Source of the DNA: the human T2T-CHM13v2.0 reference genome, Homo sapiens
Length of the DNA: 64,000 bases
Assembly: GCF_009914755.1 (NCBI RefSeq)
Contig: NC_060931.1
Strand: one strand, 5' to 3'
How positions within the stretch are numbered: position 1 is the first letter of the stretch; every line of letters begins with the position of its first letter. A model generated the notes under the pieces. The model did no database searches and was not told where the DNA came from. It was given only the letters and a program-made list of their open reading frames with translations. This document shows positions 15,588 to 35,079 of the stretch, piece by piece. Position numbers and translations under genes: made by a program.

Positions 15588-16795
15588 TGTAAAGCAAAAA
15601 TAAAATTCTAAGCCCCCACAACTGACTGAATGGACTCCCCTGTCGGCCAGCAAGATCCAAAATAAACATGAAAAACTAATTCAGGTCATGATGGGAAGGA
15701 GGGGGTCGGACATGCCTTGTCATACTCTCCTCCCTTCAGAGTTTAGGCACAGCTGACCAACATTAACACTAGAATACAGATCATAAGACTGACAGAACAG
15801 GCTCTTTGTATCAGTAAGATACCCAACTCCATCCAGACTCTGATATAGCATCACATGACAGATAGCAGTCCCTGAAGGAAATCATAGTATTTTATCCCAT
15901 AATATATTTTCTTTGACACACTTTAAAATAGTCCTGCAAAGCCATCTCTTTGGGGGAAATTTGCATTCTGTAGAGAATCTCCTTCCCTTACAGAAAAGAA
16001 GTCTTTTCTGGAGATTCTGACACCTTTTAAGATCCAATAAGAGATATTTATCATCTATTCTCTCTGAAGCCTGTTCTGAGGCTTCATCTACATAACAAGA
16101 ACCTTGGTTTCCACAATGCCCCTTATCTTAACTCAAGCTTTTCTTTTCTTTCCCTCCCTCTTTCTTTTCCTTCCTTCCCTCCTTCCTCTCTCTCTTTTCC
16201 TCCCTCTCTTTCTCTCTTTCTTTTCTTCTCTGTTGCCCAAGCTGGAGTGCAGTGGCACCATCATGGCTCACTGTAGCCTCAACTTCCCAGGCTCAAGCAA
16301 TCCTCCCATCTCAGCCTCCTGAGTAGCTGGGACTACAGGCATGCACCACCACACCTGGATAATTTTTTTTTTTTGTAGAGGTGGGGGTCTCGCTGTGTTG
16401 CCCAGGCTGTCCTTCAACTCCTGGCCTCAAGGGATCCTCCCAGCTCACCCTCCCAAAATGCTGGGATCACAGGCATGAGCCACCGCAATGGCCCATTTCT
16501 TCATGTCGTTTTCCAACTGTTCAGCCAACGCTTAACTCTGAACCAACTGCCAATCTTTGAATCTGCTAGTGACCTGAAAGCCTTTCCAGGCTGACCCAAT
16601 GTGTACCTCTCATGTATTGATTTATGTCTTTGCCTGTAACTGCTGTCTCCCTAAGATGTATAAAACCAAGCTGTAACCCAACCACTTTGGGCTCACGTTC
16701 TCAGGACCCCCTGAGGCTGTGTCACCAGCCATGGTCACTCAAGTAGGAGGCCCAGAATAAAACTCTTGACAGACTTTGAGTCTTTTTGGTCAACA
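15588..16795 (+). mobile_element. MER4-group (ERV1) LTR interrupted by an Alu (~16230-16495)
   Basis: Starts TGTAAAGCAAAAATAAAATTCTAAGCCCCC, contains AATAAA and ends TTGGTCAACA. Flanks are TAAT/TAAC. Confidence 0.7.
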
Positions 16796-16911
16796 TAACC
16801 TAACCCTAAACATAATCCTCCTGGGGAAGGTGAGATCACAGGTATCTCTTTTCTTCGTTCGATCTGTGTATTTCCTGATTTCTCTACAGTTTTTAGGCAT
16901 TCGCTGTGTGA

Positions 16912-17028
<117 letters not shown>

Positions 17029-17499
17029 TAGCTGGGATTACAGGCACACGCCACTACTCCCAGCTAATTTTTGTATTTTTGGTAGAGAAGGGATTTCACC
17101 ATGTTGGCCAGGATGGTCTCTATCTCTTGACCTCGCGATCCGCCCGCCTCGGCCTCCCAAAGTGCTGGGATTTATAGGCGTGAGCCACCGCGCCCAGCCA
17201 CAAATTCTATTTTCTTTCTCTTCCTTGGAAAGCATCGCTGGGCATTTATCCTGTCCTAGTATTTGAGTGAAACTTCTCTTAGCATTTCAGCGCAGTGACC
17301 ACGATACACCCTTTCCTTTCCTTCTCTTTATGGGAAACTCGGTTCTAACCCAGAGGCCTTGGGCTCCAGGACCCAGTCAGGCAGCCCTGGACTTGACCCT
17401 AAAAGGGAGTAAAGACAAATGCGAAGTTCAATCAGGGGTTCAGAGCTCCCAAAGCTCATAGCCTGGAGCTTCTTAACCTTTAGGCAGGGTAGAGACATT

Positions 17500-18500
17500 T
17501 AAAACGGCCCCTAAACTTGGGGGGCGCGTAGGCTCATGGGAAATAGAGTAGGGTGCTTGTCCTGGGACCAGCTGTGGGCCCCGGAGGCTGACTTCCGGTG
17601 CACTCCTGCGCGTGTGCACCTCTCTGTGTGCGTGTTCGCGCATGCGCGCCGCCGCTGCACTGCCCTCGCTTCCTGTGCGTCCTCAGGTCACCGCTTGCTC
17701 TAGTTCCCAGGCTTTGGCCTCCAGTGGACGAGAATCGCGGAGCCTGCGGGGCTGGAGGTTGAGCGCCCGGGCCAGCACCTAGGCGGGCGCGGGGGTGTGC
17801 AGGCCAGGGTTCGCGCGGGCCGGGTGGAGGCTTGAGCGGGGACCCCCGAGCTTGAGCCCCGGAGCCGGCGGCGCTGGGGCCAGAGGGGCCGGACGGGAGG
17901 TGGCGGAGGTGGCGGCGGAGGCGAAGGGGCGGCGGGACGCGGGCCTGGCCCGTGTGTGTCCTGGCGGCCTGGCCCAGGCTGCCGCTGTACGGTGAGCCCG
18001 AGGGAGGCGGATCTGGGTCCCGGGAAGGACACCCGCCTGGATTTGCCCCTTAGGCCCGGCCCGGGCCCCTCGGGAGCAGAACAACCTTAGTGAGGTGGAC
18101 AGGAGGGGACCTCGCGAGCAGACGCGCGCCAGCGACAGCAGCCCCGCCCCGGCCTCTCGGGAGCCGTGGGGCAGAGGCTGCGGAGCCCCAGAAGGGTAGG
18201 TCTTGGGTTTTCGGGCCCGGAGCGAGAAGGGCCTGAGTGAAGTCACCGTGTGTTGGGGACCTTAGAGTGTGGGGCAGGGGGAGGGTCTCGATCGCTTGCA
18301 GGAGAGACGTGTGTTTGGGTTTGAGGGCAGGGTCCGGCTGCACCGAACAGGCGCTGCATGGGAAATCTGGGAGGACGAGGCTTATGGGGGCCTGGAGGGT
18401 GTCACCAGCCTCAGCTGCGGACGTCGTCTCCACTCCCCGCTAACCCCTAACAGCCCTTCCTCCTCCTTTCCGTGCTCCAGATTTCGACCTCCTCTAAACG
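17500..18500 (+). promoter_or_regulatory. RBAK: CpG-island promoter and non-coding first exon of RBAK
   Basis: Very GC- and CpG-rich. ETS/GABPA site ACTTCCGG at 17591-17598, NRF1 palindrome CGCGCATGCGCG at 17637-17648, GC boxes. Candidate donors ACG|GTGAGC (17991) and AGG|GTAGGT (18195). Confidence 0.88.
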
Positions 18501-19350
18501 TCCGTCAGCGCCTCTGTTCTCTCATTTAAGTGTCTGCTGATTCCCCCCTTAGATCTGCCCTGGAGACTGGTAGTAATGCAGGAACAGTCTGCAGGGATTC
18601 TCTCTTGCTGCCTCAGTTGCTAGGGGAAGAGACTGGGCCTTAGCAGGTGGGTGACTTGACCGGGTCACTGGCTTTGTGGGTAGAGTTGCTCATAGTAGAA
18701 CTCAGGAGTCTTATCTCCCAGGCCAGTGTTCTTTCTCCCGTATCCTAGTTTTCTTAATAGAAGATTATTAGGTGCAGCAATAACCAAGTTCAGTTAGATA
18801 ATTTAGAAACAAAACCATATTTTATACACATTCATTTCATTTCTGAGAGCTCACATACTCAATTCCTATGGCTTCTTTGATTTTAAGCAGTTTAAAGAGA
18901 CAATAAGAAAATGCGGGCCGGATGCAGTGGCTCACACCTGTAATCCCAGCACTTTGCGGGGGCTAAGGCAAGAGTATCCCTTGAGACCAGGAGTTAGAGA
19001 CCAGCCTAGGCAACATAGGGAGACCCTGACTCTACAAAAAATACAAAAGTAGCCAGGCATGCTGGGATGCACCTGTGGTCCCAGCTACTCAGGAGGCTGA
19101 GGTGGGAGGATCAATGGAGGCCAGGAGGTCGAGGCTGCAGTGAGCTGTGAATGCACCACTGCACTCCAGCCTGGGTGGCAGATTGAGACCCTGTCTCAAC
19201 AAACAGACAAACCACAAAAAACATGAGCTGTATAATGGGAATTTTTTTTTTCTTTTTGCAGGTTGTATTTGATGATGGCAGACTATTTGTAAAAGGAGTC
19301 ATGTTACCCATGAGAGTCTCACTCATCTGATTACTACCTGATTATCTTAG

Positions 19351-19527
<177 letters not shown>

Positions 19528-19813
19528 TGAGTAGCTGGGACTACAGGCATGTGACACTATGCCTGGCTAATTTTTTTGTTATTTTTAAGTAGAGATGGGG
19601 TTTCGCCATATTGGCCAAGGAAGGCGGATCACTTGAGGCCAGAATTCGAGACCAGCCTGGCCAACATGGCGAAACCCTGTATCACTCTTTTAGGCCCTTC
19701 TGAGTGTTTGCAGGCTGAGTGTTCACAGGGTGTTAGCCTATTGAGCTTTCTTTTGTGGTTCTTACGCAGGAGATTCCTGCCTTTGCAGGCCAGAGCACTC
19801 ATGACTTCAGTGA

Positions 19814-20330
<517 letters not shown>

Positions 20331-20462
20331 TAGTGTGGCAGATCAGCACCAAAAATGATTTGTGAAGCTTGTATGTGTGGATAGTAGATTTTAAGGCTGT
20401 TGAAATTGAGCCGCACCCAGGACTGATATTCTTGGCAGTCATCACAAAAGGAAAATGCCATC

Positions 20463-20846
20463 TGTATTAGTCCATTCTCACACTGCTATAGAGAAATAAC
20501 CAAGACTGGGTCATTTATAAAGAAAAGAGGTTTAATTGGCTCACGCCTGCAGGCTCTATCATAGGAAGCATGGCTGGGGAGGCTTCAGGAAACTTACAGT
20601 CATGGTGGAAGGCAAAGGGAAAGCGGGTACATCTTCCATCACCAGAGCAGGAGGAAGAGGGAGGGGGAGGCGCTACACACTTTTAAACAACCACGTCTTG
20701 TGATAAGTCACTGAGTGTCAGGAGAACAGCACCAAAAGGGAAATTGCCCCCATGATCCAATCACCTCCCACCAGGCCCCACCTCCAACATTGGGGATTAC
20801 AATTGAACATGAGATTTGGTTGGCGACACAAAGCGAAACCATATCA
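20463..20846 (-). mobile_element. MaLR LTR (MST/THE1 group), solo
   Basis: TGTATTAGTCC...AAACCATATCA termini with a perfect 5-bp TSD CCATC on both sides. Confidence 0.85.
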
Positions 20847-22979
20847 CCATCCATGACATCATTTGCATTCATTATAAGGAGAAACCAACTTTGTTACTTG
20901 TGGATTTAAAAGATTTTCTAGGACTTGGAAAAATTTCTTCATTCAAGTTGATATAATTGCGGATAGCTTTCCTAATAACAACCATTAAGTTACCATAACT
21001 TATGGCTTATTCTTGGTGCTTATGTAAGCAGAGGGCCTGCCTGCTGCCCAAGGAGAACTTGGTGCATATAATTTTTCCAGGGAAGGAAACATTGTGATCC
21101 CAGTAGACAGAATTCTGTTTTTACTGTTGAGTCCTAGATCATGGGGGGAATGAATGACATGATCATCCTTCAAATATTTGTTCGTCTTTCAGTTTGGGTT
21201 GCACAGCAAACAATACAGTTACTCTCTTGTGAAGATTTCCTCATTTCTGTTTCTCATTTCAGTTCTCAGTGTTTTAGTTTTGTCCTTTTCACGTTGCTGA
21301 GTCAGTCTGTAAAGATTACCAGTGATTTCATTGCAGTCAAATCCAGAGGGGATTTCCTAGCCCCTACCTCCCAGGACCCTTTGTCTGCCTTTGACATCTG
21401 TTACTTCCAAACTGATACTTTCTCCATGGAGTCTCTCTTTTCTTGGCTTTTAAAAAGATTCGTCTGTAAGTATTTCTGCTTGTCTTTAAATGATGAAGTC
21501 TGTTTTGTTTTGTTTTGTTCTGTTTCTTTTTTTCTTTTTTTGAGATAGGGTCTTGCTCTGTCACCCAGGCTGGAGTGTAGAGACGTGATCACAACTCACT
21601 GCAACCTCAGTCTCCTGGGCTCACACGATCCTCCTGCCTCAGCCTCCTGCATAGCTACAGGCGCAAGCTGCCACACCCGACTAATTTTTTTATATTTTAG
21701 TAGAGACTGGGTTTCACCATGTCACCCAGGCTGGTCTTGAACTCCTGAGCTCAGGCAGTCTGCCCGCCTCGGCCTCCCAAAATGCTAGGATTACAGGCGT
21801 GAGCCACTGCTCCCAGCCTAGAGATGTATTCCCACTGTATTGCTCAGACTGGTCTCAAACTCCTGACCTCAAGCAATCCTTTCACTTTGGCCTCCCAAAG
21901 TGCTAGGATTACAGGTGTAAGCCACCACACCTGGCTAATAAGGAATCTTTTTGAAAGGGGCTAGGAATAACCCATAATACTCTCTTAATACATGTGGCAA
22001 TTGGGTTAAATCTTTTAATAGTTCCTATATTATGTCTCTTGCGTGCTCATTGTTTTGAAGAAACTGGGTTGGTTATCCTCAGTTTGGATTGTGTTACCCT
22101 TGTTTCACCTTTAGCACATTTAAAAAATATATCTTTTATGCCTTGTTAAATTGGTAGTTTGATCTGGAAGTCTAATCAGGTTTATGTTCAATTCTTTTCA
22201 CACAGCTGTACCGTACGTGGCATTTGTCTACTTCTGGAGGCATGTGTTACCTTCTTTGTTTTTGTGAACTTAAGAACTATTGACTGTTGATTATTGCTGT
22301 GATTTACTAGTTCATTAGGGGAGGCAAAATGGTGATGTGCTAATTCTACCATTTCTTCTTTATTTACTAGCCAAAATACCTTTCTTTTCTTTTCTTTTTT
22401 TGGAAACAGAGTCTCACTCTGTCACCCAGGCTGTCATGTTTACGGCTCACTGCAGCCTCAAACTCCTGTGCTCAAGTGATCCTCCCACTTCAGCCTCCCA
22501 AGTAGCTGGGAGTATAGTCATGTGCCACAATGCCCAGCGAATTTTTTAATTTTTAGTAGAGACAGGTTTTGCTATGTTGCCCAGGCTGGTCTTGAACTCC
22601 TGGGCTCAAGTGATCCTCTTCTTTGACCTCCCAGTGTTGGCATTACAGGCATGAGTCACCACAGCTGGCCTAGAATACTTTTCTAAAGATAAATTTCTGT
22701 TCTCTATTTGGTTATGTAATTCATGCAGGAAAGACAGTTTCTAAAATGTTGAGTAGGCTTCTAAGCAGGAAGGTTTTTTTGTTTTGTTACCATTATGAGC
22801 TCGTGGGTTTAAACAGATAGTAAATATTTCAGTACATCAAAGTTGTGATTCTTTTTGAAAATTAAATGGCTCCATCTTTGGCCAGACAAAATCCCTTTAA
22901 GTTGGTTTCTGAGTCCTTTTGAAATATATTTGATATATTTGATAGCAAATCTATACATACAATATATATTTGATAGCAT

Positions 22980-25920
<2,941 letters not shown>

Positions 25921-25955
25921 TTCAGCCCGGGCGTGGTGGCTCATACCTGTAATCA

Positions 25956-26203
<248 letters not shown>

Positions 26204-27045
26204 TCAAAAAAAAAAAAAAAAACCATTGCTTCATATATGTTCTCCGTTTTATTTTTCTTTCTGTTTTTGATTTTGTTGTTGCTGCTGTTCTTTGTTATGT
26301 GCCATTTCAGGTTGGAGGGTATATCCAGTACCTGTTAGTTTATCACAACTGAGGGCAGAAGTCCTCATGTCTCTCTCTATATATATTTTTTCTAATATAT
26401 ATATTTTTTTCTTTGTAGAGACAGGGTCTTGCTATGTTGCCAAGGCTGGTCTCAAACTCCTGGCCTCAAGCAGTCCTTCTGCCTCAGTTTCCTGAGTGCT
26501 GGGATTACAGGCATGAGCCACTGCACCTGGCCTGGATCCAGTTTTGTCCATGTCCAAATGGTGTTTTTCCCTGAGCTGTTTTTGATTTTCTTCCACCTCA
26601 TATGAACTGTAGTGTCAGCTTATCTAGTTCCAGGAAAAAGCTTTTTGGTATTTTTACTGGGGTTGCATATTTATAAAGTAATTTAGGGTAACTGACTTAC
26701 CCTAGGTAGGGTAAGTTGACCTTAATAATACAACTAATTTTTTTTGTTTGTTTGTTTTTTAGTAGAGATGGGGGTTTCACCATGTTGACCAGGCTGGTCT
26801 TGAACTCCTGACCTCGGGTGATCTGCCCGCCTCGGCCTCCCAAAGTGTTGAGATTACAGGCGTGAGCCACCGTGCCCGAGCACTTTTACTTTTTCTTAGT
26901 TATATTCCTCTAATTGTTTTATCTTCTCTAATTGTAGATAATGAGCATTTTATTAATACCTTGTTCTTGATCTTAGTAGGAAGGTATGTAGTTTTTCCCT
27001 GTTAAGTAAAATCCTGACTTTTGGACCGAGAAGACTGAGGCATAA

Positions 27046-27046
<1 letters not shown>

Positions 27047-27076
<30 letters not shown>
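27047..27076. repeat. (TG)n microsatellite
   Basis: About 15 TG units. Other simple repeats: (TCAA)n ~4386-4412, (GATT)n ~24544-24575, (TG)n ~35273-35308, (TAT)n ~53743-53786, and CT-rich tracts 48770-48940, 49240-49380 and 50460-50610. Confidence 0.9.
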
Positions 27077-27080
<4 letters not shown>

Positions 27081-27838
27081 CGTGTATATACACACAAACT
27101 GTATATATATGTGCTTGTGTGTAATTGAAATACATATGTCACATATATATCATACATACTATTGCATATTAGGGTGCAATATTTATATTTGTGTATATAC
27201 ATGTTATTGATGTTAATGAAGTATCCATCAGTTTCTATTTTCTTTAGTTTGTTTTTTTAAATCAGCTTTTTCTGTCAAGCTTTTTCAGGTATCTTCATGG
27301 ATACAAGATTTTTCTTCTTTGCTGTGTTATAGTGGCTTATCATATTAATAGATTTCCAAATATTAAACTAGTCTATATTATTGGAATAAGTCCCATTTGG
27401 CTATTGTATATTATGTTTTTAATCTGGTACTGGATTTTGTTTGATTATGTTTCATTTTGGGTTTTTGTATTGATGTAAGTGGTATTGGCATGTAATTTTA
27501 TGTTATTTATTGGTTGATCAGTCTTCTAACCCCTACTACCTCCTTGCCTTCTGGACTAACTTAACCCAGAAGGTTATTACTCTCTCTCGGTGATTTTATC
27601 AGCTCCTGTGGCCTGACTGTGGATAAGCTTGGATGTTCTGCTTTAGTTTCTCAGCCCACAGCCTAGCGGCCCTGCCTCTGCTATCTCTTGGGATCTACAT
27701 GGTCCTAGCTGTATCACTGGATTTGAACCCCTTGTTGATATATTCTTTATAAATAATAGGATAATGCAGCCTGCTTACTGGGCACTTCCTTTTTCTAAAC
27801 TACAAGTTTGGGCAGGGCGTGCTGGCTCAAGCCTGTAA

Positions 27839-28229
<391 letters not shown>

Positions 28230-28988
28230 TGAAGCTGCTTCCCGTTTGCCATTGGTACTTTGTACACCTCATCATATTCTTCTTCCCCTTCATCCCATAG
28301 AATGCACAATTCATCTTTAAAGACTTCAAGTTAACTGAGTCTGTGAAGCCTAATCTGATGGCATAAAATTAAAATAATTTGATCCTCTTTTGTTAAATCA
28401 TTCTGCACCTTGTCTGCATTACTCTAATAACAGCTTTGGGCATTCATTCATTTAACGAATATTTATTGCTCCAAGATTGAGACGTTTGAGATAAAACTCA
28501 GCCATGCAGATAGCCAGAGGCCACTGGCTATGAGAATAAAAGAGCCAAAAGAACAAGGAGCTGAAATTAGGTGAGAGCCCCAGAGCAGTGAGTTAGGAGG
28601 AAGAGGACCAGGAGCTGAGTGGTGGGCACTCCAACATGAAGAGGTCCAGGGCAAGGGGAGGGCCTGGCAGCAAGGAAGACTAAAAGAAGTGACAAGGAGT
28701 AAAATGCTTATGTTTGTTTACATGTTTATCTCCTTTTTAGGTTGTTCACTTTGGGAGCAGGCATGGTGTTTCACTCATCTCATGTCCCCAAAGCTCAGCT
28801 AGTTCACTTGCAAAATAGGAGCTCAGTTGTGTTTTGGGTTTTTATTTTTGTGGGGCAATATATATATATTTTTTATATATATTATATATATTTATATATA
28901 TTATATATTTTATATATTATGTATTATAACCCCAAAGGATATGTGTTTCCAATATGATTTCCCTTCCATAATCTGTAACATAAAATAA

Positions 28989-29282
<294 letters not shown>

Positions 29283-29479
29283 TAAGTGATGACACCATTT
29301 AATTCCTTGTGGGCACTAGCTGGAGTGTTTATATTATTATTCATTGAAAGGTTCTAACTTTGATAAGGTAAAAAATGGAGCACTTCTGTTATGCAGCTTA
29401 TGAGGTGGCAACATCTTGTACTTCAGAGATTCTGAAGCCAAGCAGCTTCCCCAAGTCCTCCTTCTTTTCCCATTAACAG

Positions 29480-29575
29480 GATATGATACCACCAAGCCAA
29501 ACGTCATCATTAAGTTGGAGCAGGGAGAGGAGCCGTGGATAATGGGAGGTGAATTTCCATGTCAACATAGTCCAG
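29480..29575 (+). CDS. RBAK: RBAK exon 4, KRAB-B box (YDTTKPNVIIKLEQGEEPWI...HSP)
   Basis: 96-nt exon with TAACAG| acceptor and CAG|GTAAGT donor. Confidence 0.96.
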
Positions 29576-29718
29576 GTAAGTTAGTAGCGTATCAAAGGTT
29601 AAAAAATGCTCATCCCAGACCTTTGGGAGAGACTAAAGAGTTGTTTATATGTATTCAGTACCCTCAGTAACACCTCCCAACCCCCAAATATCACTTTCCT
29701 TCCCGCACACATACATGA

Positions 29719-30201
<483 letters not shown>

Positions 30202-31135
30202 TGACATAAAAATCAACTTGAGACTTTTATGTTCATTCCTTTTATCTTCCATTTTCTTTCCTTCCTTGCTTTAAAAATACCTTGGACTTATTTTCTGCCC
30301 TCGATTTTATTTACTTCTTTAGGCATTCAGATACCAAAACCTCATCCTCCACCTATGCTTGTGAACTGAGTCACAGCTTGTGGTGTCTGTTATTTCCCAA
30401 AGTCCATGCTCAGTTGATGTGACGCTATAGCACTCCCTCAGCCTTCGTCTCTTTCCCCACTGCTCATGACCCGTCTGTGTGTTCATTTCCCCTTCCCCAT
30501 AACTGGAATCATGCTCTGTCCATAGTAGACATTCAGGAAGTGTGAATTTCATAAGTGAATGTCGGTTCCTTTTCTTGCCTTTTCAGGACTGTCCCCCTAG
30601 GACCTGTTTTCCACTTTTTTGGTTTTCTTTGTATCCCTTAAAAGAGTTTATCTAATCTCACCTTCTAAGACCTTTTTTCCTGTGTATTTTTGCAGCTTGC
30701 CTCCAAATTGATACGTCTGACACTTTTAACCTGGAGTCTAGTTGAATATTTTACTTGACAACATAGCAGTTACCAGGGAGATAGTTCACTTCCTTCTTTC
30801 TCAGAATGTCTGATGATAAACTGTGCACATTCCAAAATCATGAATTCTGTCTACCTTCCTCACCTCCCAGTATTTGATTGTGCTAGTCTTGTCTCCATGG
30901 TTTGTGTTCTTTGTCTTCTGTGAAATGCCTGGCAGAGCGTCAGCACATTCTGTTTCTTTCGACATTCGTGTTCAGTATTCTCCCATACCTGGATTTCAGT
31001 GGATCCATCTTCCATTCAAATGATCATTGTCCTTTTCCTTCATCTGCATTTTACTTGCCCACATAATACATATTTTCCCTCCCTTTCTTCCTCTCCTCCC
31101 TCTCTCCCTTCCTTCATTCCTTCCTTCCATTTTGA

Positions 31136-31396
<261 letters not shown>

Positions 31397-31542
31397 TAGA
31401 ACTTTATGCTTTACATTTGAACTGAAAAGGTTAGCTCCTTGAAGTTTCCTTCATGGTTCATTGACCACTCCAGTCTTTCCTTCTCTTAATATCTATTCCA
31501 GTCAGCGATTGTTACCTCAAAAAGTTAGATATGATTTTACAG

Positions 31543-31892
31543 TCCGATAGGATTATATGCTCTAAGATCATATTCTCTGATAGGAGTGTATGCTCTATGA
31601 ATATAAGCTCTAAGATTGTGTGCTCTGTGATTATATGCTCTGATAGGATTATATATTCTAAGATTATATGCTCTGATAGGAGTGTATGCTCTATGAGTAT
31701 AAACTCTGATGGGATTATATATTCAAAGATTATATGTTCTGATAGGATTATATGCTGTGATAGGAGTGTATGCTCTATGAGTATATGCTCTGTTAGGATT
31801 ATATGCTCTGAGTATAAGCTCTGATAGGAGTATATGCTCTGTGATTCTATGCTTTGATAGGAATATATACTCTAAATGATTATATGCTCTGA
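31543..31892. repeat. Minisatellite of interleaved 18-bp (TCTGATAGGATTATATGC) and 15-bp (TCTAAGATTATATGC) units
   Basis: About 20 degenerate units seen directly. The translation shows SDRIIC/SKIIC/SDRSVC periodicity. Confidence 0.9.
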
Positions 31893-33265
31893 GAGGTAGG
31901 TGCATATATTTGTTGCTTGAGCTTCTTCTACCGAATTATAGTCCTCCAAAGAGGAAAGACCTTTTTACTCTTCTTGCTTTGATAATGCAACATACAGTAG
32001 GCATTCAGTAGGTTTTTATTGACTTACCAAGGAGCTAGGTAAAAGAAAGATCTTTATCATTAATCCATCAAGAGATCATTTATTCTGAACCACAGATTCT
32101 GATAAAACAGATAGGGGTTAGATTAGAACCTGTAAGCACCCATCAGATTAGGAACTACTTTAATTTCTATTCAGAGAGATTCAAAGAAAATATGAATATT
32201 TTCCAAGGGCATAGGTTTTGGTTAGGAAATAAGATAAAAGCTGCATGAATTACTTTAAAATTCAGCTTTCACATGGATAATTTATACTCCAATGCACATT
32301 GTGCAACTTTAAGAAGCTATTTTAAAATGTAAGGGAAAGAGATTCAATGAACTGGGAAGAGATTTGATAAATGTCTTCAAGTTTCCCCCAAAGTATAGAT
32401 AGATTTTGAGTATAGCCAACACCAGGAGTCAAATTGAATGAGGAAGATCACGAGTACAGACTTGTGGCTGAGAATAAGCAAGGCATAGCCTAGGCTTCCA
32501 GGAGCAGAAGATGTTGACAGATTAGTGGAATGCTAGCTTGGATATATATTGTGAGTCCAAGTAGTGAAAAATCCCGTTAATAACCTTTCTGTTTCTTCTG
32601 TTGGTGTTTGGGGTGCTGGAGCTCAGAGATGTTGTAGATTTCTGAGCAGAGTACCGTCAGGGTTGCATTGAATGTGGGTGATAGCAGCTAAAAATAGTTT
32701 GTGCATCCAAAAATTTGTAAGATACATAAAAATAAAAGTACATCATAGGGGCAGCTTTAGGAATCTGAGATATAAGATTTTACACCAAATGAAACCCAGG
32801 AGTTTGGGAACTCTTGTTTGTATTCAGAATTAAGTAAAAGAATTATACAGAGACATGACTGGTTTTAGGAAATTTAAGTCAGCAAATTGAAAGAAAATTA
32901 ATGGCTCAACTTAATGAGCATTTGTTTTATGTTATAAACTGTTCTAAGCAGTTTACATGTACTAATTCAGTCCTTTGACAACCCTATGATTTAGGCACTC
33001 ATATTCACATTTCAGATGAGTGAAACTGCATCACAGTTACACAGCTTGACCAAATGCCCTAGTTAGTAAATTGTTGGGGGTTTGAACTGAGGTGACCTGC
33101 TCTGGTGGTCATGCTCTTAACCACTGTGCTATATTGTGCAAGCAGGGAAAGCAGAATTTAATGGCTAGGAAGGTTAGCTAGTATTAAATATGACTTTCAA
33201 AATACTTCAAAGATCTGATCTTGGGTTTTTTGTTTTGTTTTTCTTTTTCTTTTTTTTTTTTTTTA

Positions 33266-33724
<459 letters not shown>

Positions 33725-34017
33725 CTATCTTATGTTTCTTTTGGACATTCACATGCCTGGATCTCTCCTCCAGATGAATGTGAATCCTCTCTGTAAACGT
33801 GAGGAAATCAAAGCATTCAGAATGCTTATTTGCATTTATATGCAGACTAGTAAGGCATGGATTTTGGAAGGGATGCCACCATCGTAGTCTTGATATGAAG
33901 TGATATCTTGCAGTTTAATATAAATTGTAATAGATGTCTCCCACATGTAATCCATAATGGAGTCTTTCCTTTGCACGGACACCTAGCACCTGTTTTTGTT
34001 CCTCCTGATCCCATTTG

Positions 34018-35079
34018 TATCGGGGAACCTGCCCCGATAGTCACGTAGGTTCTTTTCTATTTTCCCTAAGCATCGGCTGGTTTGAGAAATAAAGGAACAG
34101 AGTACAGAAGAGAGAAATTTTAAAGCTGGGCGTCCGGGGGAGACATCACATGTCGGTAGGTTCTGTGATGCTCCACAAGCTGCAAAACCAGCAAGTTTTT
34201 ATTAGGGACTTTCAAAAGGGGAGGGAGTGTACAAACAGGTGTGGGTCACAGAGATCACATACTTCACAAGGTAATAGAATATCACAAGGCAAATGGAGGC
34301 AGGGCAAGATCACAGGACCACAGGACCGGGGCAAAATTAAAATTGCTAATGAAGTTTCAGGCACCATTGTCATTGATAACATCTTATCAGGAGACAGGGT
34401 TTCGAGAGCAACCGGTCTGACCAAAATTTATTAGGCAGTAATTTCCTCTTCCTAATAAGCCTGGGAGCACTATGGGAGACTGGGATTTATTTCATCCTTA
34501 CAGTCTCGACCATAGACGACGGCCACACCTAAGGGGGCCATCTATAGGCCCACCCCTAGGCGCATATTCTCTTTCCCAGGGATGTTCTTTGCTGAGAAAA
34601 AGAATTCAGCAATATATCTCCCATTTGCTTTTGAAAGAAGAGAAATATGGCTCTGTTCCACCCGGCTCACCGGCAGTCAGAGTTTAAGGTTATCTCTCTT
34701 GTTCCCTAAACATTGCTGTTTTCCTGTTCTTTTTTCAAGGTGCCCAGATTTCATATTGTTCAAACACACGTGCTCTACAATTTGTGCAGTTAACGCAATT
34801 ATCACAGGGTCCTGAGGCGACATACATCCTCCTCAGCTGATTAAGAGATTAAAGTAAAGACAGGCATAGGAAATCACAAGGGTATTGATTGGGGAAGTGA
34901 TAAGTGTCCGTGAAATCTTCACAATTTATGTTCAGAGATTGCAGTAAAGACAGGCATAAGAAATTATGAAAGTATTAATTTGGGGAACTAATAAATGTCC
35001 ATGAAATCTTAACAATCCATGTTCTTCTGCCATGGCTTCAGCCAGTCCCTCCGTTTGGGGTCCCTGACTTCCCACAACA
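34018..35079 (-). mobile_element. MER11 solo LTR (HERV-K HML-8)
   Basis: Minus strand starts TGTTGTGGGAAGTCAGGGACCCC and ends GGTTCCCCGATA. Perfect 6-bp TSD CATTTG at 34012-34017 and 35080-35085. Confidence 0.92.

Noticed and set aside
17700-18529. Pro/Ala/Arg-rich ORFs over the CpG island
   Set aside because: Stop-codon depletion from high GC content explains them.
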